From assembly GCF_009914755.1 (NCBI RefSeq), contig NC_060942.1: a stretch of DNA of 64,000 nt. The stretch is one strand, 5' to 3'. The notes below the pieces were generated by a model. That model was not told the origin of the DNA and did no database searches. It saw only the letters and a program-made list of their open reading frames with translations. The stretch's first letter is position 1. Each line of letters begins with the position of its first letter. The stretch comes from the human T2T-CHM13v2.0 reference genome, Homo sapiens. The translations under genes and the position numbers were made by a program. Below are positions 17,145 through 32,658 of the stretch, in pieces.

Positions 17145-17836
17145 ACTGTATTTATTTTTAAAGGAGTTGCATAATTCAAAACCCCTCCCTTCCTATTGAA
17201 GCAAGCATAGAACATCTATAAATGTCTAACTCAAAGGAACAATGAAGAATATTAAGTATTTTTTAAATACACAAGTACAGGATCACATATTTAGAGATAA
17301 AATACAAATGCAAATATAAGGTAGGCAGTAATTAACATTCACAAGAACAATTACCAGTTAAGTGAGATTTGACAAAATATTCTCTGAACCCCTTTCCAGG
17401 TATCAAAATGAAAAAACTAACAACAAAGATATGTGCCTGGAAGGGAAGACAGACAGTATCTGAAGTGAGCATGAGATAATTCTCTAATATCTTTGCTAAA
17501 TTTAACCCAGTTCTCAGGTCTATTAATTAGATTATATCATTCCTCAATGGTAAGCAGTAATGGTACAAACTGATCCAACCACATACAGTACAATGAAGAT
17601 CTTTGTAGAGAAAGTTATGTTCCAGAAAACAGCAGTAGTGGCAATGTAGATCATAAGCATTTATTAAACTCTGCATCGTGCCCTCCCAGTTTTGTGCATT
17701 TAGCTTATCAGAGTCCCCATCCACAGCTCCCTGTACCAGCAGAACTAGTGAGAATCCTATATCCTTGTCTTGTAGTTTCATCCATAACCTTTCCCCACCC
17801 ACCTGCCCTTCTCCACTGGATTCTTCCTTTGTGTCG

Positions 17837-18147
17837 TTTTTTGTTGTTGTTTGTGTTTTGTGTTTTTGAGACAGGGTCATGCTCTGTCGCCCAGGCTGGA
17901 GTGTAGTGCACAATCATGGCTCACTGCAACCTCTGCCTCCCTGGCTCAAGCGATCCTCCAACCTCAGCCTCCTGAGTAGCTGGGACTACAGGGGGCATGC
18001 CACTACACCCAGCTATTAAAAAAAAATTGTAGAGATGGGGTCTTGCCATGTTGCCTAGGTTGGTCTTTAACTCCTGGGCTCAAGTGATCCTCCCGCTTTG
18101 GTCTTCCAAAGTGGGGGGATTACCAGCATAAGCCACCATGCCCAGCT
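17837..18147 (-). mobile_element. Alu (J-like)
   Basis: Diverged dimer. Confidence 0.85.
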
Positions 18148-18164
18148 ACATTGTAAACATGTTT

Positions 18165-18548
18165 GTTTTCTAGGTGCTGCAGGCAGAGTGATCCTATTAA
18201 AACCTAATCATGTTGTGTCACTCTGCTTCCCAGAATCCTCTGTGGTCTCTTATCTCATTCAGAATAAAAGCCCAAGTCCATTCAGCAGCAGGCAGTGCTC
18301 CCAGTCTGTAACCCTCGAGGCCATTGTCCCTCCCTGCTCTTCTCCCTTGCTCAGCACGGTCCTCCTCCCTGCTCTCAGACACACCTGGCCCCTGTGCCTT
18401 GCACTTGCTCTTCTCTCTGAGAAGGAATTTTTTGTTTGTTTTGTTGTTGTATTCTAAGCACCTAGAATTGCCTGGCAAATAGTAGGCTCTCAATAAATAC
18501 TGAATGAATGAATTAGTGTAATGAATGAATGAATGAACAAGTGAGTGA
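18165..18548. mobile_element. L2 3' fragment
   Basis: gcctggcaaatagtaggctctcaataaatac followed by (TGAA)n tail. Confidence 0.7.
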
Positions 18549-19215
18549 ACTGCATTAAGGTTTCCTTAATGTTGCTGCCTTAAAAGTCTCTGAGTTCTTT
18601 TTCGTATGAGCGTATTCCTAGCCTGGCTTTCTGGGGCAACTCCTGCTTCTACAAGATCAGCTTCTATTCTTCACATTTACCTCTTCCTCTCACCTTCAAG
18701 TTACTTGTTCTGTAACTTCAGTTCTCTCTTTCTATCTATATATAATATTATATAAAATATAAATATGTATATATAAAATAGTAAGATATATATCTTATTG
18801 AATCTCAGTATCTTTATTAGTCTTTGGAAATAATGGTGTTACTTCCTTTCTTCCTCATCAGCTCCATCATGTTTCCATTCTGCATCTTTCTCATTTTCTT
18901 GGAAAACTCCCGTAACATTCTCTAACCTGTGTGTCCATCCCCCACAGCTTGCTGTTGAAGTGGAAGGGTCAGTTCTGATCCTCTCCCACTGACTAGTACA
19001 GTACCTCATACAAACATGGAAAGGTGCCTATGGTATGGCAATTTAATGTGAAGTCATTTTTAACAAATTAACATAACTTCTTTTATTAAGAGCAGTTTTA
19101 GGTTCATATCAGGAGGCAGAAACATGAACTGAAACATTTACCTCACTCTTCATGATATTGAAGGAATTAAGTGAATGCATTTGCTTACTGCTCTGTTCAC
19201 TCCCCTTCTTTTTAA

Positions 19216-19323
<108 letters not shown>

Positions 19324-19797
19324 TAATGTTGTCAGGGCTAAAGAAAATAAGTCACGAACACCTACGTATATGCTTGTGAATAAGAAAAATGAAAAAGCAC
19401 TGAACGAAACCGAACCTCCCACTATAAACTTTATCCAATTATTTGATTAATGCCATCTTCTCAGATGCTAGAAGTTGATGATGGTTAATACTAGTTTTTA
19501 ATTAACTTCATATTCTTAGAATGCTTCTTTATATATGGCCTCCTTTTCTGGCACTAATATTTATCAAGATGACAGCCTCCACTGGAGAGAGGAGGACATG
19601 AGGAGGCAGTTTTGAAGGAGCGGAGTGAAGTCTCATTGTTAGACAAGAACAAAAATGATCAGACATGTCAGTGTGCATTCAGTTTTCTCTCTTTATAACT
19701 GTGGATTATTGATGCAGCCCTGGGGGTCAAGCGAGAGAGTTGTTTTTTTGTTTGATTGCTTGTTTTGAAGAAGTATATATCAGTGTTACTTTGACTA

Positions 19798-20163
<366 letters not shown>

Positions 20164-20624
20164 CTAGATGATAATGTCCTTGTAAGTTTAATCTTTCAGT
20201 ATGGGCTTATGATAGTTATCACAGCCCTAAATTGCTTATTTTAGATCAAATGCTTATGTGCTAGCAAGATACAGTCAAGACGCATGTCGAGATCATAGTT
20301 ACCTTGTGTGTTTTCTGTTTTAAATATTAAAATGGGATGTTTAGACTCTTAGATGCAGATAAAAGATGTTCTCAGTGATAAAATCAATAGAGGCTAATAT
20401 GTCCCCTGGAAAAATAGTAGCACAAATTAGGCAGTCCAATATATTCTGAGGAATGCACATCAGGCAGCATGTAAAGGACTTCTAAGATGTAGATAGGAAA
20501 GAATGAAGATGAGGAAAGAAGAGAAAATCTGATCTAGAAAACAGAGTATGAGTCCCCCTTCCCGCCCCCTCTTGAAGATTATAATAAGCCTTATGCTAAG
20601 TAGGAAAATGAATTCATCCAATAA

Positions 20625-20885
<261 letters not shown>

Positions 20886-20961
20886 TAGAATGAATCCAAG
20901 AAGTTAGTAATACTACCTTATTATCTTTAAGGAGGTAATTTCTTCCCTAGCATTCAAATTA

Positions 20962-21215
20962 CAGTCATACATCTCTTAATGACATGCTGAGAAATGCGTT
21001 GTTAGGCAATTCCTTCCTTGTGCAAACATCATAGAGTACTTACACAGACCTAGGTGGTATCACCTACTACACAACCAGGCTGTATCTATAGCCTATTGCT
21101 TCTGTGCTATAATTGTGTACAGCATGTTACTGTATTGAATACTGTAGGCAACCGTAACACAATGGTAAGTATTTGTGTATCTAAATATAGAAAAAGTATA
21201 GTAAAAATACAGTTT
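20962..21215. mobile_element. Tigger3-family DNA transposon fragment
   Basis: Starts ta-cagtcat; ctgagaaatgcgttgttaggc...aacatcatagagt...gtacagcatgttactgta...acacaatggtaagtatttgtgtatctaaa. Confidence 0.8.
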
Positions 21216-21231
21216 TTAAAAGTTAAAATAT

Positions 21232-21348
21232 GGCCAGGCTCAGTGGCTCATGCCTGTAATCCCAGCAGTTTGGGAGGCTGAGGTGGGAGTATCACTTGAG
21301 CCCAGAAGTTCAAAACCAACCTGGGCAACAAAGTGAAACCTCATCTCT

Positions 21349-21389
<41 letters not shown>

Positions 21390-21555
21390 AAAAACATAGT
21401 CAGGCGTGGCAGCATGTGCCTGTAGTCCCAGTTAACCTGGGGGGCTGAGGTGAGAGGATCTCTGGAGCTTGAGGTTGCAGTGAGCCATGATTGTGCCACT
21501 GCACTCCAGCCTGAGCAACAGAGCAAGACCCTGTCTCAAAAAAAAAAAAAAAAAA
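21232..21555 (+). mobile_element. Alu (J-like) with expanded middle A-tract
   Basis: Long A-run between the arms. Confidence 0.85.
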
Positions 21556-21760
21556 GTTTATAGCTATGTATAACTTACTGATTCAGATAAAACCTTTTGA
21601 TAATCATTAATTTTAAGGTTGTTTAGTAAGATTTTAACCTAAGATATTATATCTTAGAGGTTGCCTTTTATAGACTATGAAAAATTATTTATCAAGTGAT
21701 TATATATCAAGTAATGTCCTCATGTAAATGAGTAAACATCTTTATATTAAAAAATATTGG

Positions 21761-22057
21761 GGCTGGGCGCAGTGGCTCATACCTGTAATCCCAGCACTTT
21801 GGGAGGCCAAGGTGGGTGGATCGCTTGAGGTTTGAGACCAACCTGGCCAACAGAGCTAAATCCCGTCTCTACTAAAAATACAAAAATTAGCTGGGCATAG
21901 TGGCAGGTGCCTGTAATCCCAGCTACTCAGGAGGCTAAGGCAGGAGAATTGCTTGAACACGGGAGGCAGAGGTTGCAGTGAGCCAAGATCATGCCACTGC
22001 ACACCACACTCCAGCCTGGACAACAGAGTGAAACTCCATCTCAAAAAAAAAAAAAAA
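21761..22057 (+). mobile_element. Alu (S-like)
   Basis: Full dimer; aatattgg on both flanks. Confidence 0.9.
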
Positions 22058-22210
22058 GAAGAATATTGGAGTCATTATACTTGAATGAACAGTTGACTCA
22101 TTGCTATGTCTACAGTGAATTGTTTTAATTAACATAGCCTCCTATTATACCATTTTCTGCCTGCGTATATATAAACACAGATTTTATGGGATAATGTGTT
22201 TTTCTTATAG

Positions 22211-22249
22211 ACTGTAGGAAGAGGCAGAGCTCTACTTCTTCAAGCAAAG
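22211..22249 (+). CDS. TTC39C: TTC39C 39-nt coding exon (TVGRGRALLLQAK)
   Basis: tttttcttatag acceptor, GTAAAT donor at 22250, phase 0 to 0. Confidence 0.88.
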
Positions 22250-22657
22250 GTAAATATCCTGAATCTACCTTTCTCCAGTGGCCCTTCTTATCCCATACAC
22301 TGTATACCTGAGTCTGAATTCAAGAAAGTTTGTGCAATGATGTTCTGGTTGGTAATATTTCTGGAAAGGAAAAATGACAACCAATTGAATCAGTGAGCTC
22401 TTGAGTTTTAAGGGACATTACAAGATCATAAGGAACTTCGATGAAATTGTTCATCCTGCTTTAGAAACACTCTTAGTCTTTGGGTGGGAAGATAACTTTT
22501 GATTTTATAACTATGTCCCTGAATTAAGAATTTCTAATAGCAACTTATATTGAGCACAACATAAGACTACTTTTTCAAGAATAACTCGAGGAAAATTGTC
22601 CAAAGAGAACCTTATTGACATTCAGTTGACGTTTTTAAAAATGAATACAAAGTTTGA

Positions 22658-22903
<246 letters not shown>

Positions 22904-24531
22904 CAGACCCGGAACACCCGCTCCGTCCCTCCCCACCCAGGGTCCGCACTTTAAAATAAAAGCAGAGGACAAAGCTCTTGTGAAGATGGGCTTTTCTTCT
23001 GAAAACCACCTGTGCCAGGGACACATTTTCCCAGTTAAGCTGACATATTAAAGATCTCCTCTTTTAAACATGTAGCTGAAAAGTAATAATGATGTTGAGG
23101 AGGATGATGATGGTAATAATAACTAACCACCTGGGGAGAGGGTTAAGTGACCTTGCTCAAACGTTTTAGTTTTGTGATTTATTATTTTTAAAATAAAATC
23201 AAACGGAACATCCAACCCAAGATCCTGTAGGAACACCTACCTTAAGCACATATCTGAATGGGTAACATGATGAGGTACCTGTAAAATTATTAACAATATC
23301 ATGACATAGCATTTATATTTGTGTTTTGAAAAAATAAAAGTGCTTTCTAGTGTTTTACTTTATCCTCAAAATACTCCAGTGAATAACATAGCACAGATAT
23401 TCTTAACCCCACTTTGCAGACAGTGAAACTCAGGCACAAAAAGGCAAATTGACTTATCCCAATTAATTATTCCTGTTATCAGCAGAGCAATGAATAGAAA
23501 GCAGATCTCCTGACCACCAACTGACTTTTATTGTAAAAATAATTCATGTTAATAGGCCAGAATTCCATGTTTTACTTATTAAAAGAACAAAATCTTCAGC
23601 TGAAGTTATGTCACCAGAAATAGTCATCTCCAGATTGTCTACAGAATGTTTCAAAGCGATGGACACTCTTTTTCCTTTGAAAGCCAACCAAGTAAGAGCA
23701 AATATTAATAGAAGATAATTTTACAACTAAAAGTGTGACTCTTTTGCTAATCTATTAGCCTAGTCTATAGATTAGACAAACAGTATCTACATTTTAGGAG
23801 TTTACCTTTCTTTGTGAAAATTGTCAAATTACCAACTTTTGGAAATCTTTTGACACATTACTTGAAAAGGTTATTCGTGAATGAACATAGATTTTGGCCT
23901 CAAAATATTTGCTGGTGGAACATTTGCTGGGCTACACAGTGCCAGGATTTAATCATTTTCCCCTTAGCTCAGGTTATTTAGATATTATACAAGGAATTCA
24001 AAGTTATTTTTTTATTCTTCATTGCTAATTTTTGTCATTTAATTTACCTCCATGCCCGGTACTGCAAACCTGTGGTTTTGAAGAATCTAAATACCTCAGT
24101 CACTTTTAAGAATCTCTGCCATAATTTGGCTCAATGTTTAAGGTTAGATTTTTAAAGAAATTTTTATTGAGCTAAAGGATATCATTTTAGGGTATCGTTT
24201 ATTTACAAATTCTTTTGGCTGAAACATGATCTCATATTAATATTTTAATATTTCTTTTCAAAATAAAACAGAAAAGCAAGTAGAATGTTGGCAAATTTTA
24301 TCTGATTTGACCTTGTTTTGAGGGAATAGTCATAATTTCTTTGAAAGAAGTTATTTCTCACTGATTTTGGCTAAACAGTATTCATATTTCTTCATCTCTG
24401 TTACTGACCACTTTTCAGTAGACTGTTTCCAAAATGTGTATTCACATTGACTTTCTCCCTGATGTGAATTCCGTGTGGGTTTTAGATAATAGTAAGAGAG
24501 AAGAGATTGCTCTCCTATATTCAGTGAATGA

Positions 24532-24901
<370 letters not shown>

Positions 24902-25299
24902 TGGACATCTGGTTTTAACTAGATGGAAGGGAAGAACATTATGAATCTTTAAAATACGGCTGTTGCCATTTTTCTCTCTTCTTAACATGCAGCATAGGTG
25001 ACAAGCTTTTCTGTCATCATCATGGAGCATTCTGAATCATGACATTTTTGTTTGAGAGTTCATTCTTGAATTTTCAGTTCAAAATATTGTTTGAACTATT
25101 ATTCCACATTCAAAGATTATATAAGGTCCTGTGCTTTTGAATCTTTTTCAAAAAATTTATTTCTGCCTGCTTAAAAAAAATACTTTTATTTCCCCACAGA
25201 GAGTTCAGGACTTCAGATTAGTTTGTGTTCAGCTCACTTAACTGGATAGACAATTTTGCGTTTTGCAACACCATCCTGTAGGTTTTCTTTACTAGTTAA

Positions 25300-25622
<323 letters not shown>

Positions 25623-26407
25623 AGGTCTTTTTTTTTTTAAAGAGTCTATCCTAGGCTTGGTACAGATGGCGCCTGTGGTAAATCTGTGTTAACATGGTGG
25701 TAGACCATGGAGAATGGGTAGATGGAGCTTCTAGACTCCAAAACAACAAAACCACAGTGTGAGTACACTGTCCCATTAGGTTGACTGAAGTCTGAGTACA
25801 TTTTCTGGCCTGCGTGCCGTGACTTATCCAACCTGTGAACTGATTGTGATCTGCTTGGTAACTTGGTTTGGTGTAAACTGCTCTTAACCCTTTGCTGATG
25901 AAGAAAATAATCATATAAGTGGAACTATTTGCATCTATGTGTGCTTCTTTTTTTATGTTGTCATCACTCATTCCTTCCCCTGTCCTATTTTGGAGGCTCT
26001 CAATGGATCTTCTAACTTATAAATGTCAAATATATTTTTGTATTAGATTGTGCCTATGATGAGAGAAATCTTTAATGTATATTTTATGTATGCTGAACAC
26101 ATTTTTATAATTTGACACACTTGGAGGCATGGTCTAGTAATAATAATGTAATATGTACCTTGCTGGTTAATATAACTAAGATTTTGCCTTTATTGGGTTA
26201 GGTATCTTTTTTTTATTTTAGCACCTGATAGCTGTCTTCTACTGAGTAAAGAATTATAACTTTTAGATGTCACAGAAAATTAGAGTATTTATTGTCACAT
26301 ATTGTGTAAGTCAATTATTTACTGAATTTGCACTTTTCTGTCTCTACCAACTAAAGTTAAAGGACAAGTCATATCTGATTTTTAAAATGAGCACATGCAC
26401 AGGCATG

Positions 26408-26439
26408 CACACACACACACACACACACGCAGACACACA
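26408..26439. repeat. (CA)n microsatellite, interrupted
   Basis: cacacacacacacacacacacgcagacacaca. Confidence 0.9.
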
Positions 26440-27987
26440 CCTTTGCTGTGTAAACTTTTCCAGTGGATTTCTTCCTTAAGCAAATCATGGTGGCAAGTAT
26501 TCAAATACGGTTTTCACTATGAAGATACACATTCACAAAATCATGATGTACTGTTTTGGTTTCTGCAGATGGTATATTTTGTAGAAAGAAAATTGTTAAA
26601 TCGAGATCATCCAAGAAGATACATAGTCGAGGCAGATACTTTAGAAGCTAGAAGAGGAAATGCAGAAAGAGAGAAGGATAAGGGGAGCAAGAGAAAGTTG
26701 GTCCATAACAGATAATGCTCCTTTTTCAGTAAAGTATGCAGAAATCACCAAGAGCACAATTTAACTGGCTTTCTTGTGAAAGCTAGCAAGGGGGCTGATC
26801 TCTGTCACCTAGTTGACTTGGGTATGAAATAGAAGCAACACACTTGAAACCCAGGTGACCTCTATGTAATGCCTAATTCCTCCTCCCAGAGGCCAGTGGT
26901 TGTCAATTTCCGTGTTTTACATAGAGATTCTGGTTTGGTAGGTTCTAGGTAGGGCTTGGGAAGGCATTTTTAACAAGCTCCTGGGATGATTTCTTATGCA
27001 GGTGATGTGGATTAGAGAAACATTGCCCTATTCATCTTTTGTTAAGGATTTGGTAAATCTGGGAGAAGAGTCAAACACAAGCAGAATTATATAGAATTAT
27101 ATAGCAAGGATAAGTCATAGAGCATACATCATGGGACCACTGAGAAAATGCTTCTAACCCACTGGCTTCCTAAAGTAGGAGATTTCTGAGATGAGTTCTA
27201 AAGGAGAAGCAGGATGCAGTCAGGTGAAAACACTTGCTGGAGCAGCATCCAAGGCCTTGGACCTAATGAGCAAAAGCACAGAGGTGATAAGCGACATGTG
27301 TGTTCAAGACTCTGGAGGGTCAAGTGGGAATCACATGGTGAGACATGAAATACGAGAGGTATGCAGAGGCCACACCCACAACCATGGACTTCCATAGAGT
27401 AAGGATTTGGGGTGTGGGAGAGGGGCAGTGGAAGGTACATTTGCGTTTTAAATCATTGGTGACCAAAAAATAACATACTGGTGATTGAAAGGGAGATGAA
27501 CACAAGCCAAGATTGTGAAACCACATCAAATCATTAAGAGTTCAAGAAATCAAAGCAGCGATGGGCAGTGGTTTGAAAATTCTTGGTTAGATGTTTACAT
27601 TGTAACAATTTGCATTTCAGAATGACTCAGCCAAACAGTCACTGAAGAAATGGAGAGTAAAATCTTGTTTTTTGAGTTACAGGTATTTCTGCATAATACC
27701 TTACACCTAATAGATGTTTGAGATGACCCACCAAGGTTACGTTAAAAAAACCATAAATGTCTCCAATTCCAAAAGACACCATAGATGAGGTACTTAGGAT
27801 TTTCAGTAGCTCAGTTCATTATGTCTCTGACACCTAAATGTGTTATAAACCAAGCTATCAGAAATCATGACAGCCTCATCTCACTTTTATTTACATTACC
27901 AAAGTGGTGCTGGAGGCAAGTGATGAAGGATGAAAAATATCTGCAGACCCACCAACATACTCAGTCTAAAAGCATTTCTCCCTTTTT

Positions 27988-28018
27988 TTTGTTTTGTTTT
28001 GTGAGACGGAGTCTCGCT
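27988..28018 (-). mobile_element. Extremely 5'-truncated Alu (17 nt of body plus tail)
   Basis: tgagacggagtctcgct flanked by direct repeat ttctcccttttt. Confidence 0.7.
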
Positions 28019-28415
28019 AATTCTCCCTTTTTAAGTATGTAAACTTCCCGAGAAGAGGGAGCTTTCCTGGCACTCAGTAAAATAATTATTAAGTGGATTA
28101 ATGAATGGCACCAGATAATGCTGACTGAGGCCTTAACATTGCTTTTATTGCAAAGTGCTCTGGAAGCCCTAATTTTTTCTGAATTAAAAAATAGGGTTTT
28201 GTTTTATTTTGGTTTGGTTTTTGTTTTGTTTTGTTTTGTTTTTGGTCAGATATCTGCCCTGGCGATGCTCTTTGGTTTAAAGTAGTTGCTTTTTAAACAT
28301 TTGAAGATGGATCAAAATTAAGGCTGCTTGTACTCTGATAATCATGATTATGGTGTTATTTAGAGCCCAGCCCAAATACCTGAGCCTAAATGAGTGAAAG
28401 AGCAGAGAGTGGGCG

Positions 28416-28730
28416 TTTTTTTGTTTTTTTTGTTTTGTTTTTTGTTTTTTTGAGACGGAGTCTCGCTCAGTAGCCCAGGCTGGAGTGCAGTGGTGTGATC
28501 TGGGCTCACTGCAACCTCCGCCTCCCAGGTTCAAGCAATTCTCTGCCTCAACCTCCAGAGTAGCTGGGATTACAGGCACCCACCACCACGACCGGCTAAT
28601 ATTTTGTATTTTTAGTAGAGACAGGGTTTCACCATCTTGGCCAGGCTGGTCTTGAACTCCTGACCTCGTGATCCACCCGCCTCGGCCTCCGAAAGTGCTG
28701 GGATTACAGGCGTGAGCCACCGTGCCCGGC
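28416..28730 (-). mobile_element. Alu (S-like)
   Basis: 15-bp TSD agagtgggcgttttt. Confidence 0.92.
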
Positions 28731-29199
28731 AGAGTGGGCGTTTTTAAATGAAGCAGTATTCCTTTAGTTTGGTAAAATTGAGCTGAAGTTACACACAGTA
28801 ACACCTTGACTTGTTGCTGACGGTGTGCTTTGTGGGGATAGTTGGTGTCTGATCTCAACTGTGGAGAAACAGGAAGTTTCTGGATTCATGCTGAACTCCC
28901 ATTCCACAGGCGAGTTTCACAAAAGAAAAAGTGCTCTGTTGCATACAATTATTCACTGTGTGTCTACAACGTGGCAGAAATTATTATTCCTAAAGGTGAC
29001 CGAAGAGAGCTATAGTTTATGGGGCCAGGAGCAATGTGTGGAATGGCGAGGCAGTGACAAGACAGCACTGCCATAAATCTCTTACTTTCTTTCCAAACGA
29101 GCTCTAATTTTAAGCTCAACGACCAAAGACGGAGAGGCAGTCGCTTTGAGCTACTCCTGGCTATTTGTTGGGAAATCACCTAAATCCGTTCAGATTTAG

Positions 29200-29960
29200 C
29201 CAGAAAAGGGGAAATAAGTCTCCCTCGCCGGCCAAATCATGGCCTTTGTCGCTTTCGGCTCCCCATTGGCTGCGGCCGCTGTGGCCCCGCCTCCTTGAGT
29301 GGTGCGGAGCTTTGTGATGCGGAGCTTCGTGATGCACGCCCCGATGCCTGCGGGGCTATAAAAACGCTCGCAAGCGCCAAGTCTCCTCAGGAGCCGCCGG
29401 CAAGGGGGCAACGAGGAAGCTCTTAAGAGCGCGGCCGGAAAGCAGGTGGGGAGAATCTGGAGAAAAGGCGCACCCTGCGGCCTCGGAGACCATTATGTCT
29501 CAGGGAGTCTCTCGCAGTGGGAGAGGTCGTCGGGGCAGGCGGAGGGTCCTCAGAGTCGGGGGTGGGGGGCCTGTGGGGCGGCCCCGGCCCACACCGGGGA
29601 GTGCGGCGACCAGACGGCCAGCTGCCGAATCTGAGGCCTCGGTGGGTCCGTCGCCCGCCTCTCTTGGACAAGTCCAGGCGATGTGAGCATGCCCAGCCTC
29701 CTACATTTCACTCCCGTCTCTCCCAAACAGACCTAGCGCAAAACGAGCACTGACACAGCGGGGGCCCACACCCCGGAGGTTCTTTAGGGAGAGGTCGGGG
29801 AGTGTGGTTACCTATGGCTCCGAAGTCCCCGCTGGCATCCTGAAAGGCATCGTATTTCTCGCTTAAGGCGTTACCCTTGTGGTAGTGGGCGCATGGACGT
29901 TTACAGTTGGGCGGGGCAGGATTTAAATTCCGCCAGTGGTGGACCAGTATTGGTGATAGG
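29200..29960 (+). promoter_or_regulatory. CABYR: CpG island / CABYR promoter with inverted CCAAT (ATTGG 29265-29269), GC box (29285-29291) and TATAAAAA (29357-29364)
   Basis: Sharp rise in GC and CpG density; motifs in canonical order upstream of a 5' splice site at 29446. Confidence 0.85.
29385..29445 (+). other. CABYR: CABYR non-coding exon 1 (start approximate)
   Basis: Begins ~25-30 nt after the TATA box and ends at donor CAG|GTGGGG (29445/29446); no ATG. Confidence 0.7.
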
Positions 29961-30245
29961 AGAGATCTGGGAAGAATTATTAAGCTGTCGCTTTTAAATA
30001 ACCCTAATAGTGTTTGTGACAATTTTACCCGTTGACTTTTCTCAGCTTGCTTAGGACAGTTCTTTGTGGGGAACTGAACTGTAGGACGTTTAGCGTCCCT
30101 GGCCCCACACGTTCCCAAAGTCGGGGTGAGAACTAGTGGGACGGGGGATCATGGAGTGCATGGCCGCTGTCCCCACCTTTGGTAGCACCAACTGCTAACT
30201 GCCTCCTGAAAGGTTGTTGGCGCCATCATGGTTTCTGGGAGCCAC

Positions 30246-30599
<354 letters not shown>

Positions 30600-30749
30600 T
30601 AAAGAAAATTAGATATATGATATATATGAGTATGTATCAAATATATATATGTATCAAATAGTATGTATGTATCAAACATGTCATGCTGCCTATGCCCCTT
30701 AGCATTTAGCATGTGGGACTGCGGAATCCCCACTTCTGATTTTTTAAAA

Positions 30750-31410
30750 AATTCTTTTTTTGTGAGTACACAGTAGGTGTATATATTTATGGGGCACATG
30801 AGATGTTTTGATTCAGACATACAATGTTAATCACATTGTGGGGAATGGGGCATCTATCCCCTCAAACATTTATCCTTTGTGTTACAAACAATCCAGTTAT
30901 ACTCTTTCTGTTATTTTAAAATGTACAATTATTGACTATAGACACCCTGTTGTGCTTTCAAGTAGTAGGTTTTATTCATTTTTTATACCCATTAACCAGC
31001 CCCACTTTCCCCCTCCCCCACCCAGGCCCCATTACCTTTCCCAGCTTCTGGTAACCATCCTTCTCTATGTCCGTGGGTTCAATTGTTTCAATTTTTAGCT
31101 CTCACAAATAAGAGACCATGCAATGTTTTCCTTTCTGTGCCTCACTTACTTCATTTAACATAATAATCTCCAGTTCCATCCACTTTGTTGCAAATGACAG
31201 GATCTCATTCTTTTTTAATGGCTGAATAGTACTCCATTGTATGTATGTACCACATTTTCTTTATCCATTCATCTGTTGATAGACGCTTAGGTTGCTTCCA
31301 AATCTTAGCTATTGTCAACAGTGCTGGAACAAACATGGGAGTGCAGATATCTCTTCTGTATACTGATTTCCATTTGGGTATATACCCAGCAGTGGGATTG
31401 CTGGATCACT
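30750..31410 (-). mobile_element. L1 (MA/PB-like) 3' fragment
   Basis: ccagttccatcc...ttgcaaatgacaggatctcattc...gggagtgcagatatctctt...cccagcagtgggattgctggatca. Confidence 0.85.
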
Positions 31411-32372
31411 TCTGGTTTTTTAAAGATGGTTTAATTCAGTAAATCTGTTGAATGATATCGTAAAAGGAAGTTTTCATTAAGGGATTCAATTATACTTAAT
31501 TATATACTGAAAGGATTTGCTTTGGCCAGTACAGATTCATTTTGTCCTGACCTTTGGGAAGATGAGATGTGTTTTTAAGTATTGAACATTTTGCTATGAG
31601 ATATTCGTTACTTTATAATAGAAGCTGTGCCCTTCTATAATTGTTGTAACTGAACTATGCCACTTAACCCCGTGAAACTCATTATTTACTGTAGGGATGT
31701 TGTTGAGGACATGGTTCATTATATCACACTATTTGCTTTATAAGGACTTGGGGGAGAAATTTCTCCTGGGTTTCAGTATCCAGAATAGCTGTGGTTCTCC
31801 CATACAACTGACGTGTTTTTCACCTCAAGAAACCTGAATCATTTAACCACCTATCTCCTATTTTGTGATGGCTGCTTGGTAGCTTAGGGGCCGATTTGAT
31901 GCCCATCTTTATCAAAGTGAAGGAGCTATGGCATGCATTGGAGTGCTAACTTTACCTGTAGCTTCACCTTGTTTTTCCTATCTTAGTTTTCCTAGGGATT
32001 TTCTTAAATATTTAATTTTGTTCTTTAGAAGCCTTAGGTGATTTTTTAGGAGTCAGAATACATACACCCTGACACAGTTTCAGGTGGCAGCCTCTGCAAC
32101 TCTGAGAATTACAGGTTGGTCTGTGCAGTATCTCTGATACCACTTAAAAGGCAGAAAGGCAGAAGGGGAAACATAAGGGAAAATTTGGGAAGAGGGTAAG
32201 GGAGATATGAGAAACGAAAGGTACAAATGACAGTGGGTGGTATAATAATACCACAAATAAATTATACTCACACTGATTAATGTTAAAAACAAAGTTATTC
32301 CTGCAGGTACAAAGCAGGCTGAAAAAACCCCAAAATTTAAAGCTAAAAAATGCACACTTAAACATGAGCAAT

Positions 32373-32658
32373 GGTCGGGCACGGTGGCTCATGCCTGTAA
32401 TCCCAACACTTTGGGAGCCTGTGGGTGGATCACAAGGTCAGGAGTTCAAGACCAGCCTGGCCAAGATGGTGAAACCCTGTCTCTACTAAAAATACAAAAA
32501 TTAGCCGGGCGTGGTGGCCAGTACCTGTAATCCCAGCTACTCGGGAGGCTGAGGCAGAGAATTGCTTGAACCCAGGAAGGGGAGGTTGCAGTTAGCTGAG
32601 ATCACGCCACTGCACTCCAGCCTGGGTGGCAGAGCGAGACTCCATCTCAAAAAAAAAA
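32373..32658 (+). mobile_element. Alu (S-like)
   Basis: Full dimer. Confidence 0.9.

Noticed and set aside
28277-28858. 193-aa minus-strand ORF just upstream of the CABYR promoter
   Set aside because: Core is translated Alu; the same applies to the many ...LECSG... and ...PVIPAL... ORFs
29196-30118. Several ORFs across the CpG island
   Set aside because: Expected by chance in high-GC promoter sequence
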